64,000 nucleotides of DNA, from the NCBI RefSeq assembly GCF_000143415.4, contig NW_003314262.1, positions 293,673 through 357,672 on the forward strand, written 5' to 3'. The notes below the pieces were generated by a model. It was given only the letters and a program-made list of their open reading frames with translations. It did no database searches and was not told the DNA's origin. A program made the translations under genes and the position numbers. The DNA comes from Selaginella moellendorffii. Taxonomy: Eukaryota > Plantae > Lycopodiophyta. Shown piece by piece: positions 39,549 to 53,900 of the stretch (the first letter of the stretch is position 1; each line of letters begins with the position of its first letter).

Positions 39549-41310
39549 CCAAGAGCCAAAAAAATTGATAAGCAATGTAGGAGGGCCATAGACCCATAGC
39601 AAGCAACATTTTTTGTCACCTACTGTCCATGGCTTGTGCCCTAGCATTTCTTTGGTCTCCTAAATCTATGCCCATAAATTCAAATGGTAAACACTCACTA
39701 GAGAACTAAGTGTTAGTAGCAGACTAGATCAATCAATTTCCCACGACACTTAGGCTGTTGGATAGCCATGGCACTCCACTTGGCGCTTCACTGCTCTAGA
39801 GTGTTGGCCATAGTGTTCCACTATTAGTCCAACCTTAGGGAAAGAAGTGAGAACTTTTGGAAAAAGGATGGCTAAGACAACATATGCATGAGCCAAACAT
39901 GGCAAACTCAATATGCCCATCCACAAACCCTGGAGCTCTTGGTCTCCATCTTGGGTGGCTGCTAACACCACAAACATCCTCATACTTCGGGTAAGCAGCC
40001 AAGCACACCAAGCCTCCAGATTCCTAACACCCCTTGGTACCACAAGACTTGATCATGGGACCCTCTAAATCCCAAGCCTTGAGTGCAGCACTTGCTTCGG
40101 GACGTCGGGGCGAAACACCGTGGCCTAACGGCCCGGTATGGGTACCTCTACCCCCCCTTTTCCATCCCGAAGGGAAGGCCCAAGCCCCCAGAAGGGCGAG
40201 GACCAATGAGCCACAAGGTACTCAAGTGGGGCACCACTCCACCTGAGCCGGGAGCACCGCAGTCGGTTTCCCTTTCGGGAGTGGGAGCTGCTCTTGAGCA
40301 CTTCCTTGGATGGCCCCTCCGGCACCAGCCAAGTCCATGCTCACTCCCACCCAAGGCCCCTCGGTCCCAGTCTCAACCTCAAGTCGGTTTGGAAGCCCAA
40401 CTGGAGAGTCCCTTCAAAACTGGTTCCTGGACCTCCCTATCCCTACTATACTTTTGGAACCCCCTGCAGCCCCCCCCCCCCCTGGGAGACGCATGCTTTG
40501 GGCTTTCACCCCTTGACCCGTATTAGTATTTGGACTTAGTCTCTGGCTCGATCTCGGACCCGATTTCGGATCCGACTTCGGATTCGGTCTCGGACTTGAT
40601 TTCGGACTCGATCTCGGACCCGATCTCGGACCCGACCTCGGACTCGACCTCGGACTCGGTCTCGGACTCGGTCTCGGACCCGATTTCGGATCTCGGACTC
40701 CGTCTCGAACTCGGTCTCGAACTCGGACTCGAACTCGGTCCCCGAGTCGGTCTCGGACTCGATTCCGGACTCTATCTCGAACTCGGTCCTAGAGTCGGTC
40801 TTGGACTCGATCCTCGACTTGGTCCCATCCGATGAACTCTTTGTCATTTCGGTCAAGCTTTTGGGGATCCTTTAGCCTACGACATCTCGGGGAGTCGGTT
40901 CCTTACAACTCCACCACCCATAGAAGAAGTTCGATGCCCACATCGAACGTCTCGTTTTATCCTATGACTTGTTGACCATGTCTCCGAGGGCATCCCCCCA
41001 CTTAGCGGTGTGCCTAAGTTAGCCTCCCCAGCCAAGAGCCCATGACAACGGAATATAGGTGTCCCTATACTCCTCACCTCACCACGCCCTAGTATGGGGT
41101 CGAGACTTGAACCCAGCCTTGCTTTACTAGGGGGTTGGGACTCGAACCCAACCTCCGTAGAATACGTCTACGGATTCGACATCCCCGCGGGGAGTCGGGC
41201 GTAGTGCCCTACGCCTGGTCGACCTATCCAACCCATGCTAATTAGCTTACCTTTGGCGCGCCTTCGGGTCCCAACATATTGCACTTGCTCAACTTTGCAA
41301 ATTGATATTT

Positions 41311-44300
41311 TTAATTGAATTTTGCATAAGTACATAGAGTTCTGCCTTGCAGAAATTCCTCCACTAGATCTCGAGCGTTCGCTAGGTTCTCCTCCGGTTC
41401 CCATGTTGCTTCGTAGTGTGGAAATCCTCTCCACTTCACATGGAACTCTCTCACCTCGCGTCCTTGTCGCTTGCTCTTGCGCGCATTGAGGATGGCCTCG
41501 ACTTCGTATTCCTCTTCCCCTTGGATAACCTCAGGTAGAGGTCTCACTTGGTCCTTGCGAAGCGGATCCTCAAAGTACGGCTTGAGTAAGTTCACGTGGA
41601 ACACTGGGTGCATCTTCCCCATCTCTCGAGGAAGTCGGAGTCGCTAAGCCACTTTACCGATTCGTGCCTCAATCTCGTAAGGCCCCGCGAACCTGCTTAA
41701 GGAACTCAAGATCAATTCATTTACAGGAATACATGCATCTTTACCTTTGGGTCAACTTTCGGCTGATCCCACTTGGTAGTCTGAGGTTCTTGGTGTTCAG
41801 CCACACCTTCTCCCCAGCTTGGAACTCTACATCCCGACGCTTCTAGTTCGCGTATTTGGTTTGCCTTTGTTGAGCCTGTTCCAAGGAATCCCTCACTAGA
41901 TTCCAAATACTGAGTCTTTCCGCCGTGAATGCCTCCACTGCGGGCAACTCTCCATGATACTCGGCCATGCCGAGTTCCACAGGACCTTCAATAGCTCGCC
42001 CATTGATGACTTCCCATGGACTCACGGGGTGAGTTGTTATAACACATTTCTGCAAGTCCCAAATGACTTACCCAATCGGTCTGGTCTCCCGAGACATAGC
42101 ATCGCAAATAATCCTCCAGCTGCCTATTCACCCTTTTCGTTTGTCCGTCTGTCAAGAAGTGTTAGTGCCAACAACTTGACTTAATACCCCATACCTGTCT
42201 ATGGGTGATAGGTTGTGCTGAATTTCAACTTGGTGCGATACTGTTCGAGGAGAGTCCTCCAGAACCTACTGGTGAAGATCTTATCTCGATCTGAGATGAT
42301 CTCTTCTGGTCTTCCCCGCACTCAAACCACTTGCTCGAAGAACAGCTTCGCCACACCTTCCGCATCCACTTCTATTGTGGTGGGTATGAAATGTGCCATT
42401 TTTGAAAATCGGTCCACCACCACGAATATCGCATCAAACCCCTCGCTTGGGGGGAGTCCCGTGATGAAGTCCATCGTAAGACATTTCCACGGGCGATCTG
42501 GAATTGGGATGCTTTGCAACAAGCCCCCACTAGCCTTAGTCACGGCTTTTACCTGCTGACATGTTGGACATGTCTTTACATAGTCTTGGACGTCCTTAGC
42601 CATATCTGGCCAATGGTACTTCCTTTTGAGTAAGCCCATCGTCTTGGGCACTCCACCGTGTCCCGCAAGAGGTCCGTCATGACACTCTTCTAAGGCCACC
42701 TTCCTTAGTTCCCCTTCTGGAACATACACCCTCGTTTGCTTGTAATAAATGAGTCCGTTGCGTTCCGCATAGCCCGTTTTCTCTTCCGTTGGCAGCTCAC
42801 CTCTCTGGTGAGCTTCCCGCGCCTCTAGATTCCTCAGCAACACTTCCTGTGCTAGACCATCGTTCTCATATGCTGTCCGCACATCGTCCCAGAAGGTTGT
42901 TGTTGCGCTGGATATTGCCAACCTCAAGCTCGCTTTTCGACTTAGCGCATCCGCCACGATGTTGCTCTTCCCAGGCTTGTACAGAATTTCGCAATCAAAC
43001 TCGGCCAAGGCGTTGGCCCACCGACCTTGTTTCCCTCTTAGGTCGGGCTGTGACAAGAAGTGTTTTGTTGCCACATTGTCCGTGTAAACCTTGAAGTGTC
43101 TCCCAAGGTAGTGTCGCCACTCCTTGAGCGCCTTGACCACCGCAAACAATTCCTTCTCGTGGGCAGGCCACTTCCGTTGAGCCTTGTCCAGCTTCTTCAA
43201 GAAGAACGCTACCGGATGGTTGTCTTGCTTCAAAACTGCGCCCAACGCAAAGTCCGAAGCATCCGTTTCTACCTCAAAGTCCTTACCAAAGTCTGGTAAT
43301 GCCAATACGGGAGCCTTCCTCAACTTCCCTTTGAGGTGGACGAATGCCACCTCGCATTCCGCTGTCCACACCATCTTCCCTTTTCCTGTTTGGTCCGTTA
43401 AGGGTAGGGCTACTCTCGAATAGTGTCTGATAAACTTTCGATAGTAGTTGCATAGCCCCAGGAATGCCCTCAACTCGTGTACATTGGATAGTCGCTCCCA
43501 TTCCTGGATCACTTGGACCTTCTCCGGGTCCACCTTGAGCCCGTCCTGGCCCACCACATGCCCGAGAAACTTTACCTCTTGTTGAGCAAAGTCACATTTG
43601 CTCTCTTTAGCATACAGCTTGTGTTCCCTTAGTTTCTCAAACACCTTCGCCAAGTGTTCGGCATGCTCCTCTAGCGTCTTGCTATAGATCAGGATGTCGT
43701 CGATATAGACGACCACGAAGTGATCCAGATAGGGTACAAAGACGTGGTTCATTAGCGCCGAAAACATTGCCGGCGCATTACATAGCCCGAAGGGCATCAC
43801 CAGAAACTCAAAGCTTCCATATCTCGTTCGACAGGTTGTCTTCTCGACATCTTCCTCGGCTACCCTGATCTGGTAGTATCCTGACCTTAGGTCAATCCTT
43901 GAGAAGTATTTTGCCTTTCCCAACCTATCGAACAGGTCCTCAATCCTTGGCAAAGGGTACTTGTTCTTCTTTGTATACTTGTTGAGCAAGCGGTAGTCTA
44001 TGCACATGCGCATAGATCCATCTTTCTTTTTCACAAATAACACCGGCGCCCCATATGGCGACTTGCTCAACCTAACATACCCTTTGTCCACCAACTCCTC
44101 TAGTTGGCACTTGAGCTCCTTGAGTTCTTTTTCGTTCAAACGATAAGGGGGACGAACCACTGCCTCAGCACCCTCGACCAGCTCAATCTTATGTTCTATC
44201 GGTCGTGCTGGGGGTAGCCCCGCCGGTAGCTCCTCCGGCATGGTATCCTGGAATTGGTCCAACACCCGTTGGATCACTAAAGGTACTTCTTCCATTCCTG

Positions 44301-46068
44301 TCTTTTTGTCACTCTTCACCGAGAGTAAGCACAAAAAGGCCGCCTTAGTTCCTTTAGTGAGTTGTCCTCTCGTGGACACCAGGTTTAAGCAGGAATCTTT
44401 GGCCTTGCTTTGCCCTACCTTTAGATCTTAGGCCTCCACCCTAGATCTTCTTCCTTGGGCATTCGCCAGTACCACAAGGTTTCTACCTTGTCCATGCAGG
44501 GCTACCACGAATCGATTGAACCAGTCCATTCCGAAGATCACGTCAAATCCCGCCATGTCCAACACGGTGAAGTCCATGTCCACCTTCCAAGTCCCCACTT
44601 CGACTCTCGCTTGTCGAAGTACCTCATCGGTGCTTTGGCTACCTTGAACAAACTCTATAGTCCTTGGTTCGCCTAGCCGCTGCACCGTTAGTCCGGCTTG
44701 CCGGACTATGTCTGCAGCCACAAAATTATCCGAAGCACCCGTGTCAATAAGGATTTTAACAAAGCTACCTCCGAGCTTCCCTCGGAGGGCTAGTAGATGT
44801 CGCGAACGACTCTCTACCAAAGTTGCTCGTGTAATGAGTAACTTTGAGTTAGGGACTGGATCACATACCTCTGTTTGGACTTCACCCGACTTGATGGCCA
44901 TATTGGCTCTGGCCTTCTTCGGGTAGGGACATTCCCTCGAGAAGTGTCCCGCTTCACCGCAGTTGTAGCATGCGTTGTTTCCCACGCTGCTATATGACTT
45001 GACCTTCTTATCCGTGGGTTTGTCTCTTTTCGCCTGACTCCCCCACGTACTCGCTCGCTGGCCACCGGATCTGCCTTTCCGGAACCCCGAGGACTCATTC
45101 TTAGAGAAACTCTTCTTGAATTTCCCTCTGCTAAACGTTCCCCTTGGTTTGGCCCCTTTGCTAAACGTGGATCCCGACCCCGTCGTGTTCCCTTTTCGCA
45201 GGTTATCGTTGAAATGCACCTTGATGGCTGCATCCAACACTTCTTTGTAGTTGGTCGGGTTCCACCGCATTACTTCGCCGCGAGCCCAGGTTTGCAAACC
45301 TGATATGAAGGCATGGAACGCATCCATATCCCCCATGTCCGTGACAAGTATCCTCTTTGCCATAAACCCATTCACATACTCCTGAATGGTTCCGGTCTAC
45401 TTCAGCCTACTCCGCTCGTCCCTTAGATGCAGAGTAGCATTCGGAGGAACGTAAGTTGCGCGGATCCTCGCCTTCATCATTTCCCAAGTGGCCACCGGTC
45501 CTTCGTTGGCCTTTGTTGTTCTCCACCAAGACTTGGCATTATCTGCCAAGTATGGTTTTGCACAAGGGACCTTCTCCGAGCTTGGTAATCGCAGCGCTCG
45601 GAAGTAGTCCTCCATATCGTAAAACCAATCCTCCACCACCTTATAGTCGTTCACTCCCTTGAAGACCGGTGGGGGCTTTGGTTTGTACTTGGGAACTGCC
45701 TGAGGGACTGATTCCACTTCGGTCTGTTCGACCTTGTTTGGTTTTGCCTCAGTCCCTGCCGAAGGGTCCGCACCTTCTGCGCTGCCAACATCCGCAGTCT
45801 TTCGCTTTTTCTTCCGCTTCTCGTCACGCTTTAGCTTGCATACGAGAGTCTCTAGCAGGGCATTGGTCTGTGCCAATTGTCCTTCTAGAACATCCAATCG
45901 AGCCTTGGACGACCGAACCTCACCACCAGACTCCTGTTTGGAAGTTGCCTCACTGGAGTCCTCCTCATGCAAGGATTCCTCATCCATCGCCTCCTGTTCG
46001 ATCGGAGGCTCCAGCTCTGGAGGAGGTTCCGTCTCTGCCTGGGTTCGCTTACGTCCTGCCCTTGCCAT
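41311..46068 (-). pseudogene. Chromovirus gag-pol (Gag, CCHC, PR, RT, RH, IN, chromodomain) with in-frame stops
   Basis: [50 protein letters not shown]...VKWRGFPHYEATWEP. Confidence 0.95.
42149..42194 (-). other. 46-nt GT-AG intron-like insertion in the integrase
   Basis: ACAG|GTATGG...CACTAACACTTCTTGACAG|ACGGA; removal restores T-D-G-Q-T of the integrase motif. Confidence 0.75.
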
Positions 46069-47409
46069 CTCCCAGCAATCCGCCTCTATCCTTCACTAGA
46101 ACTGAGGAAGAGGCTCCGATACCAAATTGTAAGCCACAAATTTTTCCTTTTCAATTTGCCAGCTTACCTCGCCTATCCGACCAACTCTGCCTTGGCTTGT
46201 GCTAAGTTCCCTCGCCAAGGTTCTCGCCTATGGTACCAGCTCCTACTTGGTTTCAGCTACTTACTGCACGAGCAACGGAGTGTTAGCCATCCATCTACGG
46301 ATACCCAAATCTCTCCCAATCCCCCTCCCCGGGTTAGACTGGACTTAAGGTTCGGCTACACTCCCTGCAGGCACAAGCAGCCAAGCACACCAAGCCTCCA
46401 GATTCCTAACACCCCTTGGTACCACAAGACTTGATCATGGGACCCTCTAAATCCCAAGCCTTGAGTGTAGCACTTGCTTCGGGACGTCGGGGCGAAACAC
46501 TGTGGCCTAACGGCCCGGTATGGGTACCTCTACCCCCCCTCTTCCATCCCGAAGGGAAGGCCCAAGCCCCCGGAAGGGCGAGGACCAATGAGCCACAAGG
46601 TACTCAAGTGGGGCACCACTCCACCTGAGCCGGGAGCACCGCAGTCGGTTTCCCTTTCGGGAGTGGGAGCTGCTCTTGAGCACTTCCTTGGATGGCCCCT
46701 CCGGCACCAGCCAAGTCCATGCTCACTCCCACCCAAGGCCCCTCGGTCCCAGTCTCAACCTCAAGTCGGTTTGGAAGCCCAACTGGAGAGTCCCTTCAAA
46801 ACTGGTTCCTGGACCTCACTATCCCTACTATACTTTTGGAACCCCCTGCAGCCCCCCCCCCCCCCCTGGGAGACGCACGCTTTGGGCTTTCACCCCTTGA
46901 CCCGTATTAGTATTTGGACTTAGTCTCTGGCTCGATCTCGGACCCGATTTCGGATCTGACTTCGGATTCGGTCTCGGACTTGATTTCGGACTCGATCTCG
47001 GACCCGATCTCGGACCCGACCTCGGACTCGACCTCGGACTCGGTCTCGGACCCAATTTCGGATCTCGGACTCCGTCTCGAACTCGGTCTCGAACTCGGAC
47101 TCGAACTCGGTCCCCGAGTCGGTCTCAGACTCGATTCTGGACTCTATCTCGAACTCGGTCCTAGAGTCGGTCTTGGACTCGATCCTCGACTTGGTCCCAT
47201 CCGATGAACTCTTTGTCATTTCGGTCAAGCTTTTGGGATCGTTTAGCCTACGACATCTCGGGGAGTCGGTTCCTTACATCCACCAGCTAGCATGGAATGG
47301 AACTTGGGCTTAGACCCAAGCCGGACGCAGAACAAGGATAGGCACGCAAGCGAGAGCTAGACTATGCCTCAGGTTGGTCGGCCATGCCCGACCTACCCAC
47401 TATCCCTAC

Positions 47410-50400
47410 TATACATTTGGTATCAAAGATAGAGTCTCGGCGAGAACTATCCAATGAGATTGGGCAACTAGTCTCGTTGCATACGCAGAGATGAAAACTA
47501 TGATCCGAGTGGGTACACGTTTGGGTGCAAAGGCTTCGCAATCGTTTTTTGGGTATGGATTTAGTTACCTTCTTGTACTGTAATTATGTGAGCTTGCTCT
47601 TGGGCTCATAGGATGGATTTGAGGTGTACCAGTAGCACGAGTTTGCGCTTGGGCTCGTGAGTGAGGCACATTAGCAACTCGAGGTTATACTTTGAGTTGA
47701 CAGGATTAATGTAAGCCTATTGGTAGTTCCATGAGTTGTTCCATGTACCATGGGAAAAAGTAAACTTTCCCTAGGTTTGCTATGAGTGGCAAATAGGCTA
47801 GTCCGTAGCTATTTAGCACGGCACTAGTAGATCCTTCCTAGGCATGATTACAAGTGGATCAATCAAGACTATAGGGATTAGTCTATTCGTTCAAGTAGTC
47901 ATTGCCATGCTCTCTCATAAACTTTTCTTCGATTGAACTGAAGGCAGTGCAAAAGCAAGCTTGAGGTTTGGTCAAAGATGAGACCGAAAAGAGAGTCATT
48001 GGGGACGGAGGATCAAATACGTAAATCATTTTCTCTTCTTGGAGGGATGATTTGCAACGAGGTGTTAACTCATTGCTCGTGTTCACATCATGCAATCAAG
48101 AGTCCCTACCTTGATGCATATTGGAAATGATGGTCTTACAAATGGTGAGTTATGGGATGGATAGCGGTGAAGCGCTATACCATTTTATCTAGGCTTGCTA
48201 TTGGAAGACTTGGGTTGCAATGCTCAATTCTTTTCCGGGGAACCTTGCTCTTGCTCCTTGATTAACTTGGTGTTGGATTAGTTTTGAGTTTGGTCGGAAA
48301 GAGAGTGGCATGAGCTTGACCGTGTTGTGAACAAAAGTTAGTGGTGTTTGGTGTTGTAAATCTCTATTGGTGGAGTGTAGCATTTATGTTGCATTTTGTC
48401 GAATCGAGTTGACACATGATACTCACATAAACTTTTGAAGTAATGATATAAGCATTACTCGTGGTGTTGCTCAATTGATGATCAAGTCATTGTGATGCTT
48501 ATATCATATCCATGTGATAATGAGTAATGCGTTTACGAAGTTGCTTGGTTAAATGATGATCAACCCCAAGGTGGTTGATGGTGAAGCTAGTCTACTTGCA
48601 TATAGTAGCATTGTAGTAGCCTTGACTAGATTTTTGATGGTGGTTCATTATGCTAAGCTTAAGTTGGTACCTTGTTTCCTTGAGTTTGCCCATTAGGTGT
48701 TGGAAAAGGGTTATAGCATTCACTTGCTATGGCTTGTTAGTTGATCTGTTAACACTTGGAGTAGATTGTTGGATGGAGAAGATGTGTAGTTGGGGCATTG
48801 ACATCGCTAACACTTGTGTTAGTGGAAGTGGCATTGTTGATTCGAGTGATGAGGAATTTTCCTTAGAGCTTGATTTCCCATGTCATTTTTCTTGTTAGTG
48901 TTTTGGCTTTACATTGGATCTTGAAGGTGATTGAAAAAGAGTGTTAGTGCAATGTGGATATTCGAAGATGTGGTCTTTGTGATCAAGCCTTGGATGTTCA
49001 TTTTGCGCTTTGCGGATGTCAGTGTTGGATGTCGGAAAAATGGGCAAAGATGTTCAATGCTTAAGCATATTGTTGGATCATGAGAATTTGTGTCGAGGTG
49101 AACCTATATGAAGTTGTTTGTAGGAGGAAGTTGGTCAAGTCTTGAAAGTTTGCAATCTTAGATTGAGAGTCATTCTTTCTCTAGGATGGAAATTTTCCAC
49201 AAATTTTCTTAGACTTTTCCAATGGCTGATCTGTTGATCACTTTGCCGAAAACCATTTCGTTTTCGTAAGCCAGTACAAACTAGTGAAGAGGTTAGAGTT
49301 GACTTCGGTTAGCTTAGACCTTGGTAAATAGTTTGTATGATGCGACCCAAAAAGGATGCTGACTTTTGGGGCTAAGGCAATTAAGTTGGATAGAGTCTGG
49401 AGTTGGTGTAGAAAGTGGCCATTGCACTTTTCTAAGAAAGGTGACCTTTGTGCCTTTCTTTTGTAGCGTTGTGCTTGGTGGTAGGTTTCACCTTGCATTT
49501 CATTAAACTCTATGAGAGTAGTGAGCTCTCACTGATCTTGACTTGGTCTTGGTGGCCCTACGCCTTGGCTGAGGATGGTGATGTCCAACTTAGTTGTTTG
49601 AGGTTGAGATGTTGGTACCCATACTATAGCTTTGTCAATGAGGAGGTTGTGTACCGACATGAGTCCATCTCATGGTCTTCACTTTAGTTTCGACTGAGTG
49701 TTAATCATGCATAGCTAGCCTCTTCAAGGCATGCTCAGAGCTATTGACTAAATGTGATGGTGAGCTTATCGTGGTTGAGTTGGATTCGAGTGGTCATCTA
49801 GTTCGTGCTTATCCATGAACCTTTATCTTGTATTTGAGGTATTATGTTCATATTGGATGAGTATATAACTTGATGATAAGAGTTGGTGTTTGGGTCTTGT
49901 GACGGCAAGTTGAAGAGTGATTGTTGGTTGCTTTGCGACTAGTGGTTACTTATAGACTTCGTCAAGGACTGTTGACACTTGCTTTGATTGATGATGATTT
50001 AGCTGTGATGAGCTTGCTTTATTGGATGGTGTTGCGGAGGATCGTATCGTGGCTTGCATGGGTTTTCCATGTTGGCATGTCGACTCTACCTCTGTCGATA
50101 TCATTTGGTTATATCTAGTCCGTAATGTTAGATTTCATTGAGTCTTGGACGTGATGAATCACTCCATGATGATCTGTTCTCTGTTACTAAGTGTTGTTGG
50201 AGGATTGGTCTCGGATATTAAGTAAAGTATCTTTGACCTGATTAGCTTAGTTGCTAGGAAGTTTTGAGTGGTGATTCACTCGTGCTTTCTTCTAGCTTTG
50301 TTATGGTGTTGATGGCATTGAAGTGATGCCTTATCGTTGATATTATTGATGTTGAGATTTGAGTGAAATGAAATGTCTCTCTGATGATTGATATTGAGTT

Positions 50401-50940
50401 TCATTAGTCTTGATAAAGATAGTGTTGATGATTTGGCTTTAGCTTTTGTTGTTGGCATTCGCGTATTTTCTAGTTAGCAAATGTGTTGACGTTCAAATAA
50501 ACTGAGTGGCAAGTTTGAGTTAGTTGTGTTCTAGACAAGATTATTTAGTAGGGGTTAAGCTTTGGCTTTTCCTTGAAAAGTGATTTAGTCGTGGACTATG
50601 CTAGCTTTACGAGAGAAAGAGTTAGTGATTGGTATTGAAATGATTGAATCCTTGTTGGATTTCAGTTGGGATATATCGATCATTGATGATTCTTCTTGTG
50701 CTTGTTATGAAGTGAGTTACGTCTTGCTATAGATGGATTCATGGAGGATCATTTTGTGATCATTTGTTGGGCATAGCTCCATTGTGCTTAGCTTTTGGAT
50801 TGATGCAGAAATGCTCTTCATTAGTTTTGGCATTATGAAGTTTGGGTTATGGATATGTTGAGGAAGATATTATTTGTTGCACCATGATTTCTTCTTTAGC
50901 ATTAAAGTTAGTTCATGCAAAACTTGTGATCATTATTAGG
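47410..50940 (+). mobile_element. Family C LARD-like internal region with PBS (inverted-repeat arm 1)
   Basis: PBS TGGTATCAAAG at ~47418; no long ORF; reverse complement of ~52975-56465. Confidence 0.85.
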
Positions 50941-53900
50941 AACACACACTTTGGGCTTTCACCCAAGCCTCCCTTAGTATTAGGAGTTAGTCTCTGGGAC
51001 AAGCTCGAAACTTACTAATTATGGAATATCTTTAGATTGTGAATTTGGACATGGGACGAACACCATTGTGTTCAGGCCAATCTCTACATTCCGTAGATAT
51101 GCCAAATGAGCAAATTTGGACACTTTCCATAAATAGCATTTGGGACCGAAATGAGACCAACACAAAGGGCATGATAACGAGGGTGTTTGGCAGACACGGT
51201 AAACTATCATCTAGCGATATTGAGGGACCAAGCTCAATATCGCGGGGGTTCCCAACACTAGCAAGTGCAAGCCAACATCATGAGTTTCTCATCATCGTGT
51301 CAAGTCTGCTTGACTAAATGACAACTTAGGATTTCCTTCCTTAGTGCCCTTCTGGTCCAAGTGCACATGTGATGACAAGTTTCTCAACTAGCTTAGGCGG
51401 AGATTAATAACGGGTCCAGCAATACCGACTTCCTGCCATCGTGGCAGTAAGGTAAGAGTGTCCGTAAGGACTGGCCGACAGGTAACTTTCGATACCTAAA
51501 ATCACATTCGCGACACTCTCCCCCCCTTGGGAAGATTGACGTCTTCGTCGATGCATACTCGAGTCTAGAATACCGCCAAGGAAACAACTCTAGAAAAAGT
51601 TCACGGTACTCACACTATGTGAGAAATGCACCAACTTAAATGAGTTAGGGGGCAACCTCTTTGTCTAACACGGATGCGCTACCAACTCAGACACCTTCCG
51701 GCCGTCGCTGACAAGGAAATGACCAACAGAGTTAGCCACCCTTGCTGCTCTGGGTGTCACCCAACTACAAAAGTGTGATACACCCTGCCTGCAGGGACAT
51801 AGAGAGAGAAGCTAGAGGCCCCAACCCTTCTAAGCACAGAAACCAAACCCGTCGGTAAGGTTTAGATAGACTACTGTAAACAGGCAGTGAGAGTTGTTTA
51901 CACAGTCATGCCCTTTCAACAAAATAAGGAACATCGACAGAGAGGCGGGTGATGTGACCAGTCGACAGTAGTTACCCCATGACTAGAGATTTCAACATGC
52001 ACACGAAGTGCCGAAGCCAATCTGCCTATACTGGCCCAAACTCAAAGATCAAGATATAGGGACTATATCAAAGTCATAAACAATGATATCTTAGAGATTT
52101 AATTATCAGTGAATAAAGCTTAGATTAGAACACAAATGTATTCCAAATAAGTTATCATCCGATAAACTAGAATTACAGTATAGGAACCACCAAGATCACT
52201 ATCATTGGAAAACATAAGATTCACCATCCATCAAAATTCAATAGCAAGTATATCATCAAGTAAACTCAATGAGAAAACATAACTACTGAAGATTGTAGAC
52301 AGTATGCTAAACAACTTACAAAAGATAACTCAAAGTACACAAAGCATCATTGACTGACAAGCACAAAGCTTGCGAATGTATTACCCAAAGGAAATAACAT
52401 CCCAACCTATCAGAACTAACTCGAGCAATAATCAACAGAACATAATGAATGCAGTAAGACCAACAAACACTGATTCATGCCAACTATCACACTAGCCAAT
52501 CCGAATAGATCCCAGCCAACAACACCAAGGAACTCAAGTTGCCTAAGCAAGTGTTAGCAACATTCTACTGATGTCTCAAACCCAAGAGACCAAACCAAAG
52601 CAAACCATAAAGAATATGTGGTATTGCGAAAAGCCACAAGCTATCAAAGAGAACAACTAACCATCATGAAAGATCATCAATTATCCCATCAATGAAGAGA
52701 TGCATAATCATTGTCGAAGAAGGAATCCACCACCTTGAAGAATGGCAAATCATTCTATACCAACAATAATCAAACAAAATCTTCGACAAGGATAATCAAT
52801 TATTCTAGATGATAGTCAATCATCACCAATGATTGCTAGATGCAAAAGCCAACTTCAACATCGAAGCTAAAGAGCCAAAAATGCCTTCCCTCAACCACTC
52901 CGGACAAATGGAACAATGAGCATGAAAACTCAAAGAACCAAAAGCTTGAAGAAGCCTATAGCCAAGTCTTGCCTAACAATGATCACAAGTTTTGCATGAA
53001 CTAACTTCAATGCTAAAGAAGAAATCATGGTGCAACCAATAATATCTTCCTCAACATATCCATAACCCAAACTTCATAATGCCAAAACTAATGAAGAGCA
53101 TTTCTGCATCAATCCAACAGTTAAGCACAATGGAGCTATGCCCAACAAATGATCACAAAATGATCCTCCATGAATCCATCTATAGCAAGACGTAACTCAC
53201 CTTATAACAAGCACAAGAAGAATCATCAATGATTGATATATCCCATCTGAAATCCAACAAGGATTCAATCACTTCAATACCAATCACTAACTCTTTCTCT
53301 CCACGACTAAATTACTTTTCAAGGAAAAGCCAAAGCTTAACCCCTACTAAATAATCTTGTCTAGAACACAACTAACTCAAACTTGCCACTCAGTTTATTT
53401 GAACGTCAACACATTTGCTAACTAGCAAATACACGAATGCCAACAACAAAAGCTAAATCCAAATCATCAACACTATCTTTATCAAGACTAATGAAACTCA
53501 ATATCAATCATCAGAGAGACATTTCATTTCACTCAAATCTCAACATCAATAATATCAACGACAAGGCATCACTTCAATGCCATCAACACCATAACAAAGC
53601 TAGAAGAAAGCACGAGTGAATCACCACTCAAAACTTCCTAGCAACTAAGCTAATTAGGTCAAAGATACTTTACTTAATATCCGAGACCAATCCTCCAACA
53701 ACACTTAGTAACAGAGAACAGATCATCATGGAGTGATTCATCACGTCCAAGACTCAATGAAATCCAACACTACGGACTAGATATAACCAAATGATATCGA
53801 CAGAGGTAGAGTCGACATGCCAACATGGAAAACCCGTGCAAGCCACGATACGATCCTCCGCAACACCATCCAATAAAGCAAGCTCATCACAGCTAAATCA

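Larger units (their letters stand above)
39993..47278 (-). mobile_element. Ty3/gypsy chromovirus (family A); 5' LTR 46128-47278, truncated 3' LTR ~39993-40907
   Basis: PBS TGGTATCGGAGC (minus, ~46113-46124); PPT GGGTGGTGGAG; near-identical LTRs; gag-pol with chromodomain. Confidence 0.95.

Noticed and set aside
39550-39990. Independent gene (ORF 39750..40043)
   Set aside because: At most a decayed retroelement chromodomain-like remnant (VECHGYPTA*VSWE); too degenerate to call.
37736-47228. ORFs rich in RVRD / SDSI / GLGL
   Set aside because: Translations of the hexamer tandem array in the LTRs.
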